A stretch of 62,606 nt of DNA from Parcubacteria group bacterium Greene0416_39 (lineage in GTDB: Bacteria; Patescibacteriota; Minisyncoccia; Minisyncoccales; UBA10102), in NCBI GenBank assembly GCA_007375675.1, contig VMEU01000004.1:1-62606 (forward strand), in the 5' to 3' direction. Shown here piece after piece: positions 29,586-36,607 of the stretch. The position numbers and the translations under genes are program-made. Position 1 is the stretch's first letter. The number at the start of each line of letters is the position of its first letter. The notes under the pieces are model-generated. The model ran no database searches. It saw nothing but the letters and a program-made list of their open reading frames with translations, and was not told the DNA's origin.

Positions 29586-30208
29586 AACAGTACGTATGCC
29601 CCATGCATCCTGACGTTGTTTCAGACACGCCTGGGAGTTGCCCAAAGTGCGGTATGCAGCTTGTTCGTGCTGGTGCGTCAGAAACTGCAAGACAGACTCA
29701 CGGTGGAGGGTTAGGGGTATTAACGTGGAGAGATTACGTTCCGCTTATCGTCATCATTTCTTTGATTTTCATTGTATCGGCCGTACTTAGCTGGAATGAC
29801 GCTCAAGTAGGGAGATTTTCTATTTTTCAGTCAATCGCATACTTTATGGCGGGATTCTTCATTGTTTTTGCAGGTTTCAAGCTTATGGATATAAAAGGCT
29901 TTGCACAAGGATATTCCACGTATGACATCCTTGCTCAAAAGGTATTTTCGTATGGCTATGTCTATCCATTTATCGAACTTGGTTTTGGGCTTGCCATGGT
30001 AGCAGGTATCCAAAATCAACAACTCTTGTGGAGTGAGGTTCTGGTTATGGGCTTCAGTGGTTTGGGAGTTGCCCGCAAACTTATGAAAAGAGAACCTATT
30101 CAGTGCGTGTGCCTTGGAACTTTTCTCAAGGTTCCCCTTACCAACATTACGCTTATTGAAGATTTCGGCATGGCAATTTTAGCGTTGATGCTTTTGTTGG
30201 CACAATAA
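29582..30208 (+). CDS. Heavy-metal-binding-domain / MauE-like membrane protein fusion
   Basis: N-terminal YVCPMHPDVVSDTPGSCPKCGMQL (HMBD-type zinc ribbon), then four TM helices resembling MauE/DoxX proteins. Confidence 0.55.
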   Translation: MKQYVCPMHPDVVSDTPGSCPKCGMQLVRAGASETARQTHGGGLGVLTWRDYVPLIVIISLIFIVSAVLSWNDAQVGRFSIFQSIAYFMAGFFIVFAGFKLMDIKGFAQGYSTYDILAQKVFSYGYVYPFIELGFGLAMVAGIQNQQLLWSEVLVMGFSGLGVARKLMKREPIQCVCLGTFLKVPLTNITLIEDFGMAILALMLLLAQ

Positions 30209-30209
30209 C

Positions 30210-30815
30210 ATGCATCAGAGGGTAAAAAGCCACTTTAAAAAAGCGGATCCAAGGCTTTTTAAGGTGCTTCAGAGCATTGGCGATGTTGGCAAGGTATCTT
30301 CAATTCCTCCGAGACAATACTTTTCTCGTCTGTGCAGGGAAATCATTGCTCAACAGCTTTCTGGCAAGGTAGCAGATACGTTTATGGAAAGGTTTCGCGC
30401 GCTTTTCCCTAAAAAGTCAGTTAGTCCAAAACGTGTGCTTGGGTTATCAGACGGGACGCTTCGCAAGATAGGGATTTCCTGGGCAAAAGTAAAATATCTC
30501 AAAGACCTTGCCCAAAAGGTGCAAAAGGAAGAGGTTTCTCTTGAGAATTTACAGTATCTTGATGACAAAACGGTCATAGCGCAGTTAACAAAGGTGAAGG
30601 GCATTGGGGATTGGACCGCCGAGATGTTTTTGATGTTTTCTTTAGGTCGTGAAGACGTGTTTTCTTGTGGTGACCTGGGCCTACAAAAAGCGATTGAGGA
30701 GATTTACCAAATAAAGAATCTCACCAAGAGCAAAGCAGAGAAACTTTCTATGAGATGGTCTCCGTACCGCACCTATGCAAGTTTAATCCTTTGGCGTTCT
30801 CGTGACAGGGCTTGA
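30210..30815 (+). CDS. DNA-3-methyladenine glycosylase II-like (HhH-GPD)
   Basis: LTKVKGIGDWTAEMFLMFSLGREDVFSCGDLGLQKA is an AlkA-type HhH-GPD motif. Confidence 0.8.
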   Translation: MHQRVKSHFKKADPRLFKVLQSIGDVGKVSSIPPRQYFSRLCREIIAQQLSGKVADTFMERFRALFPKKSVSPKRVLGLSDGTLRKIGISWAKVKYLKDLAQKVQKEEVSLENLQYLDDKTVIAQLTKVKGIGDWTAEMFLMFSLGREDVFSCGDLGLQKAIEEIYQIKNLTKSKAEKLSMRWSPYRTYASLILWRSRDRA

Positions 30816-30868
30816 CCCTTCGACTATGCTCAGGGTCTTGACCCTTCGACTGTGCTTAGGGTCTTGAC
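30807..30868 (+). repeat. 2.4 x 25/26-nt tandem repeat, each unit a hairpin
   Basis: AGGGCTTGACCCTTCGACTATGCTC / AGGGTCTTGACCCTTCGACTGTGCTT / AGGGTCTTGAC. The hairpins are GACCCT-12 nt-AGGGTC. The first unit holds the glycosylase stop codon. Confidence 0.85.
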
Positions 30869-30958
30869 TTGCTTCCTTGCTTTATTTACGCTATACTTAC
30901 TTTAGGAAATAACGTACCAAAGGTCGGTTTTCAGACACGACTAAAATTTACATACGAT

Positions 30959-31129
30959 ATGGCAACAGCAACACAAGCATACTGCGTAAAGTGCAAAGCA
31001 AAAAGGGATATTACCAATCCCAAGGAAGTGCCAATGAAAGGAAAAGGAGGAAAGTCAAGAAGAGCAATGACTGGCACCTGCCCGAAGTGCGGCACAAAGA
31101 TGTTCCGCATCCTCGGAGCAGCAAAGTAG
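30959..31129 (+). CDS. DUF5679-like zinc-ribbon small protein
   Basis: AYCVKCKAKR...GTCPKCGTKMFRILG. Start taken at ATG 30959. Confidence 0.7.
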   Translation: MATATQAYCVKCKAKRDITNPKEVPMKGKGGKSRRAMTGTCPKCGTKMFRILGAAK

Positions 31130-31141
31130 TTTTTAGAACTG

Positions 31142-31204
31142 AAACCCGCCTATCCACAAGGTATGAAAAACCCAATCATTCATGCTTTGTGGATAGGCGG
31201 GTTT
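31142..31204 (+). promoter_or_regulatory. 18-bp perfect inverted repeat enclosing the comEC-like start codon
   Basis: AAACCCGCCTATCCACAA (31142-31159) and TTGTGGATAGGCGGGTTT (31187-31204). ATG 31163 lies in the 27-nt loop. Confidence 0.5.
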
Positions 31205-32011
31205 GTCTTTCTCAACCTTTTCTTGTGGCAAGAGGTTTTGAAGGGAAACGCTTTGAGTGTTTCATTTTTTGGCGTAGGCCAAGGAGATGCTTCCTTTATT
31301 GAGACACCGCAAAGAAAGCAAATTCTTATTGACGGCGGGCCGGACGCAACCGTTCTTGAAAAATTAGGCAAGGTAATGCCTTTCTGGGACAGGAGCATAG
31401 ACCTGGTTATTCTTTCCCACCCAGCGCAAGACCATGTGGCAGGGCTTCTAGACGTGCTCAAGGCATACAAGGTACAAAACATTCTCTGGACAGGGATTGA
31501 AAAAGAAACTTTAGTATTCAAGCAATGGAAAGAAATTCTTGCAAGAGAACAAGAAGAAGGCGCGCGTATCTTTCTTGCATATGCTGGGCAGAGACTAAAC
31601 CTTGGAGAAAACGCTCCGTGTCCTCAGCGCATTGATGTGTTATACCCAGATTCCATTGCAGGCACTCTTGTGAAAGGTGATGACAATGACACTTCCATTG
31701 TTGCAAGGCTTGAGTTTTGTGGGAGTTCCATTCTCTTTACCGGAGACCTCACAAAGAAAGGGGAGAAGATATTGCTTTCACAAAAAGCGTCTGTTGATTC
31801 AGACATCTTAAAAGTTGGCCACCACGGGAGCAAAACTTCCAGCTCCGCGCAGTTTGTGGAAGCTGTCAGCCCTGAAGTTGCCGTCATTTCAGCAGGAAGA
31901 GGGAATCGGTATGGGCATCCAAACCTGGAGACGCTTGAAACTCTTGCAAGATATGGTATAGAGATACGAAGAACAGACGAAGAAGGAGATATCGTTTTTC
32001 GTTTTCAGTAA
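31163..32011 (+). CDS. ComEC/Rec2-related MBL-fold hydrolase (lactamase domain only) with N-terminal TM
   Basis: GVGQGDASFIETP..ILIDGG, LSHPAQDHVAGL and GHHGSKTSS. Confidence 0.75.
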   Translation: MKNPIIHALWIGGFVFLNLFLWQEVLKGNALSVSFFGVGQGDASFIETPQRKQILIDGGPDATVLEKLGKVMPFWDRSIDLVILSHPAQDHVAGLLDVLKAYKVQNILWTGIEKETLVFKQWKEILAREQEEGARIFLAYAGQRLNLGENAPCPQRIDVLYPDSIAGTLVKGDDNDTSIVARLEFCGSSILFTGDLTKKGEKILLSQKASVDSDILKVGHHGSKTSSSAQFVEAVSPEVAVISAGRGNRYGHPNLETLETLARYGIEIRRTDEEGDIVFRFQ

Positions 32012-32013
32012 CC

Positions 32014-33084
32014 ATGGAGTTTCCTATTTTTAAAACAAGAATAGAAGGTGCAAAAAGAAGGTTTAACCTCACAGATCCTCAAGAGCAAAAGGACTATTTT
32101 TATTTTAAAGCAGGAGGAGAAATAGAAAAATTGCGAGAATATCTGAAAGAGAATACGTTTATCGCCTATTTCCTTGGGAAAAAAAATGCTGGGAAAGGAA
32201 CATATTCCAAAATGTTTACCGAAATAGTAAACAGGGATGCCATAGACCATTTGTCGGTAGGGGATATGGTGAGGAGTCTGGATACGATACTGCAGGATCC
32301 AGAGAAAAAGAAAGCGCTCGTTGCATTTTTAGAAAAGAATTATCGGGGTTGGGTTCCTCTGAAGGATATTCTTTCAAGTTTGGAGAAGAGAGATACCAAA
32401 ACCCTTCTGCCCAATGAACTTATCTTGGCGTTTGTGAAAGGGGAGATTATGAAGCGTAAAAAGAAGGCAATTTTTATTGACGGCTTTCCTCGTAATCTCG
32501 ATCAAATTTCTTATTCTTTGTTCTTTCGCGATTTGGTTGGATATCGTGATGATCCAGACTTCTTCATTTTAATTGACGTGCCAACCTCTGTTATTGATGA
32601 ACGAATCAAGTGGAGAAGAGTGTGCCCCTCATGCCAAACCTCAAGAAACCTCAAGCTTTTAACAACCTCAAAGATTGGCTATCGAGAAGAAACCAAAGAA
32701 TTTTATCTTATGTGCGATAACCCAGATTGTGCAAAACAAAACATTGCAATGGTTGTAAAAGAAGGAGACGAGTTGGGAACAGCGCCCATCAAGGAAAGAC
32801 TTGAGACAGACGCAAAACTTATTGAACAAGCATTCTCTCTTCATGGCATTCCAAAAATTCTTTTGAGGAATACGGTTCCCGCGGAAAAGGCTAAGGAGTA
32901 TATAGATGACTATGAAATCACCCCAGAATATGTCTTTGAATGGGATGAAAAAACGCAAAAGGTGGACGTAAAAGAAAAGCCATGGGTTGTTCTTGACGAC
33001 CAAGGAGTTCCTTCCTACAGCTTGTTGCCTCAAGCAGTAGTGGTTTCTTTGATCAAGCAGATGGTACAGGTTCTGGGGTTGTAA
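32014..33084 (+). CDS. Long adenylate-kinase-family paralog (356 aa)
   Basis: GKKNAGKGTYSKMF P-loop, IDGFPRNLDQ, and a Cys4 LID (CPSCQ...CDNPDC). N- and C-terminal extensions are present. Confidence 0.6.
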   Translation: MEFPIFKTRIEGAKRRFNLTDPQEQKDYFYFKAGGEIEKLREYLKENTFIAYFLGKKNAGKGTYSKMFTEIVNRDAIDHLSVGDMVRSLDTILQDPEKKKALVAFLEKNYRGWVPLKDILSSLEKRDTKTLLPNELILAFVKGEIMKRKKKAIFIDGFPRNLDQISYSLFFRDLVGYRDDPDFFILIDVPTSVIDERIKWRRVCPSCQTSRNLKLLTTSKIGYREETKEFYLMCDNPDCAKQNIAMVVKEGDELGTAPIKERLETDAKLIEQAFSLHGIPKILLRNTVPAEKAKEYIDDYEITPEYVFEWDEKTQKVDVKEKPWVVLDDQGVPSYSLLPQAVVVSLIKQMVQVLGL

Positions 33085-33093
33085 AGCAAAGCA

Positions 33094-33582
33094 ATGCCGT
33101 ACGAAAAGTCAGATAAACTGCATATCATCACCGCCGTCGCCGTGATTCGACGCAATGACGGCCGTATTCTTCTCCTCAAACGGCGAGACGACGAAACGGT
33201 ATACCCCGGTCACTATACGTTCCCTGGAGGGAAAGTTGAAGGAAACGACACTATTTCTCAGACCCTAAAAAAAGAAGTAAAAGAAGAATGCGGACTTGAG
33301 CTGGAGCCGGGATTTATTCTTATCAAAGAAAAGGCGATTGGACGGCCAGATGGCCAAACTTCAAAATCCCTGTCGTTTCTATGTTCAGCGAAAGATACAG
33401 ACGCGGTGTCTATCGATAAAAAAGATTTCACTGATTACGCTTGGGTAACCTTAGACGAGCTTCGTGCCTTACCTCACGTTGGCATCGAGGCAGAATTCAT
33501 CAAAGCAGCAGCGATTTACAGTTCTCATTGCGACCCCTCACCCTTTTTTACCGATACTGACCAGGTTGATTTTCGTCAGTAA
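33094..33582 (+). CDS. NUDIX hydrolase
   Basis: Nudix box GGKVEGNDTISQTLKKEVKEECGL. Confidence 0.85.
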   Translation: MPYEKSDKLHIITAVAVIRRNDGRILLLKRRDDETVYPGHYTFPGGKVEGNDTISQTLKKEVKEECGLELEPGFILIKEKAIGRPDGQTSKSLSFLCSAKDTDAVSIDKKDFTDYAWVTLDELRALPHVGIEAEFIKAAAIYSSHCDPSPFFTDTDQVDFRQ

Positions 33583-33589
33583 AAGGGGG

Positions 33590-33619
33590 TTGACTGGGTT
33601 GTTGGCAAAAAGGTACAAT
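33590..33619 (+). promoter_or_regulatory. Sigma-70-like promoter (TTGACT-18-TACAAT) with no downstream CDS
   Basis: TTGACT at 33590-33595 and TACAAT at 33614-33619. It lies between two convergent genes. Confidence 0.5.
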
Positions 33620-33625
33620 AAAGGT

Positions 33626-33766
33626 AGCCCTGTGCTCTCTTCATTAAGATTTCTGCTATACCTTTTTTCGGGAGCCAGAAATGACCCTGGGCTTAGGTTC
33701 AGGGCTGTGGCACCCACCTTAATTTTTGCAGGGACAATCTTATAGAAGCGACGCAGGGTTTCGTTT
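33626..33766 (+). ncRNA. Candidate structured ncRNA with 6S-RNA-like architecture
   Basis: Hand fold. The closing stem pairs 33628-33656 with 33728-33758 (CCCUG/CAGGG, CUUC/GAAG, AAGAUU/AAUCUU, CUGC/GCAG). A 12-13-nt U-rich bubble sits on each strand. The distal helix is GGGAGCCA/UGGCACCC, capped by a CCCUG..CAGGG hairpin. Confidence 0.4.
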
Positions 33767-33831
33767 TGAGCGAGCGACATCAGTTTTTTGACCGAGCCGA
33801 AGGCGAGAATATATATTGTCGTGAGGAGGTA

Positions 33832-34467
33832 CTATTCGTACGTTTTCCCGCCTCCCATGCCAGGAACATTCTCTGGCCCTTTGTTTTTGTAGCGGCGGAT
33901 GAAATCTTTAACTCTTTTTTCGTTGAGCGTTCCATCTGGGTTGAGATTAAACTTGTCCAATCTTGTCCAGGCAGTTAAGGAAATATCGGTATCGTTTTTG
34001 GAGCGAGGCAGGAGAATCACTGCGTTTTGTCCTGCAATGTCTTTCAACTTTTTAATCGTTTGAGAGGAAAGTGAAGGTTTGTAGGAGATGATCACTCTTC
34101 CGTGCTCCATGCTGTGCACTACTGCCTCGTCTGATTTTTCCTTGTCATAGATTCCATCTGTCAATGGTATTGGCCAGTGATTGCCTGAAGTCGGAGGGTT
34201 GGTGTTGTAGATGACCGAGGTTCCTTCTGCCACATGCGTCTGTCCCTCAAAGGGCATTGCTTGAGAGTAGTCTTGGCCCAAGGGGTCATACAAAGACCAG
34301 ACAAAAAATCCTGCTCCTCCAACAAAAAGAATGATGATTCCACCAACAAGAAAACTTTTAAAGGTTTTTTTCTGCTCAAGTTTTTTTCTCGTTTGTTCTT
34401 TGTCTCTTTCCTCACGCATTTTTCTTTCTTGATACGAAAGCTGTGGCGTTGGTTGATTTTGTTCCAT
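33832..34467 (-). CDS. DUF3105-like membrane-anchored protein
   Basis: N-terminal TM helix (FLVGGIIILFVGGAGFFVW) and an NPPTSGNHW motif. Confidence 0.7.
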   Translation of the reverse strand: MEQNQPTPQLSYQERKMREERDKEQTRKKLEQKKTFKSFLVGGIIILFVGGAGFFVWSLYDPLGQDYSQAMPFEGQTHVAEGTSVIYNTNPPTSGNHWPIPLTDGIYDKEKSDEAVVHSMEHGRVIISYKPSLSSQTIKKLKDIAGQNAVILLPRSKNDTDISLTAWTRLDKFNLNPDGTLNEKRVKDFIRRYKNKGPENVPGMGGGKTYE

Positions 34468-34489
34468 ATACTGGTATCATACCATACAT
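34468..34489. promoter_or_regulatory. 22-bp divergent promoter pair with overlapping extended -10 boxes
   Basis: The + strand has TGgTATCAT (34472-34480) 9 nt before ATG 34490. The - strand has TGgTATGAT (complement of 34476-34484) 8 nt before ATG 34467. Confidence 0.45.
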
Positions 34490-35185
34490 ATGCCGCTTTT
34501 AGAAGTAACAAATCTTTCTGTCCACTATGGGAAGGAGCCTGTACTTTCAGACATTTCGTTTTCTTTAGAGAAAGGAGAGACCATAGCAGTTATTGGCCCC
34601 AATGGTTCAGGCAAGACCACTCTCTTTCGAGCTCTGCTTCAGACTATTCCCTTTACGGGGGAGATTCGCTGGGGAGAAAAGGTAAAAATCGGGTATGTGC
34701 CCCAGAGGCTTGATCTGGAGCGAAATCTCCCCTTGACCATAAAAGAGTTTCTTTTGCTCCATCCTCTCTCTAGACAACAGGGCAGTTATTCTCCAAACGA
34801 AGTGCTGGGAATTGTGGGGTTAGATATTCAGTTTCTTGAGAAAAATCTTGGGTCTTTGTCTGCAGGCCAGTTTCAGAGAGCTCTCATTGCCTTTGCCTTG
34901 ATTGGGAAGCCTACCATTCTCTTGTTTGACGAGCCCACAGCGAGTATTGATACGAAAGGAGAAGAAACCCTGTATGACCTTCTGCATAGGTTGCAAGACG
35001 TTCATCACTTCGGCATGATTCTCATCTCTCACGATTTAACATTTGTGTACCGTTATGCAGACAAGGTGCTGTGTCTTAACAAAAAACAGCTGTGCTTTGG
35101 GATCCCTCAAGAAGTGCTTACGCCCCAGGAATTGGAACGGTTATATGGAACAGGAGGAAAGTTTTACCATCATATACACGGTTAA
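34490..35185 (+). CDS. ABC transporter ATP-binding protein (ZnuC/metal type)
   Basis: GPNGSGKTT Walker A, LSAGQFQR signature, and LLFDEP Walker B. Confidence 0.88.
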   Translation: MPLLEVTNLSVHYGKEPVLSDISFSLEKGETIAVIGPNGSGKTTLFRALLQTIPFTGEIRWGEKVKIGYVPQRLDLERNLPLTIKEFLLLHPLSRQQGSYSPNEVLGIVGLDIQFLEKNLGSLSAGQFQRALIAFALIGKPTILLFDEPTASIDTKGEETLYDLLHRLQDVHHFGMILISHDLTFVYRYADKVLCLNKKQLCFGIPQEVLTPQELERLYGTGGKFYHHIHG

Positions 35186-35186
35186 C

Positions 35187-35892
35187 ATGGACGTCACCTT
35201 ATTTCACATTTTAGGAGCAGGAGCAATATCTGCAGCAGCAGGAGGGTTATTGGGTTCTTTTGCGTTGCTACGCAGAATGGCTTTAGTAGGAGATGCTTTG
35301 TCTCACGTTGCGCTTCCTGGCATTGCGTTGGGTCTTTTATTCCATTTTAATCCGTTTGAACCTGCCGGTTGATACTTTGGTAGGCGTCTTGTTTGTGCTT
35401 GCACTTGCCTTTGGAGCTTTGTTAATGCCAGAGCACGAACTCTTGGAAGCCTTGTTTGGAGATATTTCTCAGCTTTCAGCAACTGGTTTCTGGACTTCCC
35501 TGTTGCTCGGGGGAGTTGTTATTGCCGCTCTTTTGGCGCTTTGGAGAAAACTTACCTTAACCATGATTTCTTCTGAACTTAGCAAATCAACAGGGATTCG
35601 CCCCCATGTCGTTGAGTTTTTATTCCTTATGTTGTTTGCTCTTGTCGTTGCGCTCGGCATTACCTTTACCGGAGTTCTTTTGATAGGCGCGCTTATCATT
35701 ATTCCTGCAGCCATTGCAAGAAATATTGCTTCGAGCATGGGAGTTTATATGTTTTTGAGCGCGTTGCTTGGAGTATTGGGAGCCATAGGAGGAATTCTTG
35801 CATCATATTTCTTTGGAATAGCTTCAGGGCCTGCATTTGTGATACTTCTTGGGACTCTCTTTTTTCTTTCGGTTATTAGGAAGCTGCGTTGA
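35187..35892 (+). pseudogene. ABC-3 (ZnuB-like) permease, frameshifted and internally shortened
   Basis: The N-terminal 61 codons (MDVTLF...DALSHVALPGIALGLLFHFNPF) stop at 35372. The rest (..VDTLVGVLFVLALAFG..) continues in the +1 frame from about 35355 to 35892. Confidence 0.6.
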
Positions 35893-36178
35893 GAATTCGT
35901 TTTGCTTCAGTTTCCACCAAAGTTCCTTCATATTCTCCCGAGTGGGCCGAACTCCCTTCATAGCTTGGCTGTTTTTGGTCCAGGTGCAAACTAAGGGTGA
36001 TCGTCTGGTTTCCAACTGGGGCGTTCACGTACAGATGAAACCGTGGATATCTTGCGCCTCGTAAGGGTCTCGCAAACCGAAACTCGCCAGTTTTTGGATC
36101 CTGTCCTTCCGGCGCATATCCGCAGCTCCTAAAAAAATTGAGCGGCGTCTCGCTTTTGAGTTCAACTAAAAACTTCAT
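35876..36178 (-). CDS. Hypothetical protein (100 aa)
   Basis: Uninterrupted ORF downstream of tRNA-Pro on the minus strand. No recognisable motif. Confidence 0.45.
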   Translation of the reverse strand: MKFLVELKSETPLNFFRSCGYAPEGQDPKTGEFRFARPLRGARYPRFHLYVNAPVGNQTITLSLHLDQKQPSYEGSSAHSGEYEGTLVETEAKRILNAAS

Positions 36179-36182
36179 CGTG

Positions 36183-36254
36183 TCGGGGCACTGGGAGTCG
36201 GACCCAGCGTTACATTCACCCCAAGAATGCGTGTTGCCGCTACACTATGCCCCG
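36183..36254 (-). tRNA. tRNA-Pro (anticodon GGG)
   Basis: Hand-folded cloverleaf: acceptor CGGGGCA/TGCCCCG, D stem GTGT/ACAC, anticodon arm CATTC-TTGGGGT-GAATG, T arm CTGGG-TCCGACT-CCCAG. CCA is not encoded. Confidence 0.85.
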
Positions 36255-36260
36255 TTTAAA

Positions 36261-36452
36261 TTACCCCGATTGTTTGGCAAGTGCTTTGATGCACTTGGTG
36301 CAGGCTTTTACTCTTTGACCCGAAGCTAACCTTGTCCACTGGAGATTGGGTTTTTGTCTTCGTTTTATTGTTGGGTTGTATTTCCCGCGAAGTTTTACCA
36401 GGCGCCATGCAAGGTTTGTTCCTTTTTCGCAGATTGTGCAGAGTTGTGCCAT
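36261..36452 (-). CDS. rpmB: 50S ribosomal protein L28
   Basis: MAQLCTICEKGTNLAWRLVKLRGKYNPTIKRRQKPNLQW... matches the L28 pattern. Start taken at MAQL. Confidence 0.85.
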   Translation of the reverse strand: MAQLCTICEKGTNLAWRLVKLRGKYNPTIKRRQKPNLQWTRLASGQRVKACTKCIKALAKQSG

Positions 36453-36464
36453 GTACCAGAACGA

Positions 36465-36535
36465 AGTTCGGTACATGGCTACCCCGTACCGAATCGCCGA
36501 AAGCGATTCTGGTACTGGGGTGGCATACCGACTTC
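36465..36535 (-). promoter_or_regulatory. Long imperfect palindrome just upstream of the rpmB start (rpmB 5' leader candidate)
   Basis: GTACCGAATCGC-CGAAA-GCGATTCTGGTAC core (36484-36513), with outer arms CGGTACATGGCTACCCC / TGGGGTGGCATACCG. Confidence 0.35.
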
Positions 36536-36572
36536 AATTAGTTATGAATATAATCACTCTACCACATCTTTT

Positions 36573-36601
36573 TTGGATTTGCAATACCCATATGCTATAA
36601 T
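36573..36601 (+). promoter_or_regulatory. Promoter TTGGAT-17-(TGc)TATAAT, 6 nt upstream of ATG 36608
   Basis: Hexamers at 36573-36578 and 36596-36601. Implies a leaderless M50 protease mRNA. Confidence 0.45.
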
Positions 36602-36607
36602 TTGTTT

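Noticed and set aside
30869-30958. Longer version of the DUF5679 gene starting at TTG 30869, and a sigma-70 promoter formed by the last TTGACT of the tandem repeat with TATACT at 30891.
   Set aside because: The N-terminal extension is hydrophobic junk upstream of the conserved MATATQAYCVKC start. The -35/-10 spacing would be 21 nt, too long for a standard promoter.
33583-33831. SRP (4.5S) RNA, tmRNA or RNase P RNA in the Nudix/DUF3105 intergenic region.
   Set aside because: There is no GGAA-tetraloop/AGCA domain IV motif, no tRNA-like ends with a tag ORF, and no GAGGAAAGTCC P4 motif. The length of about 140 nt is also too short for tmRNA or RNase P.
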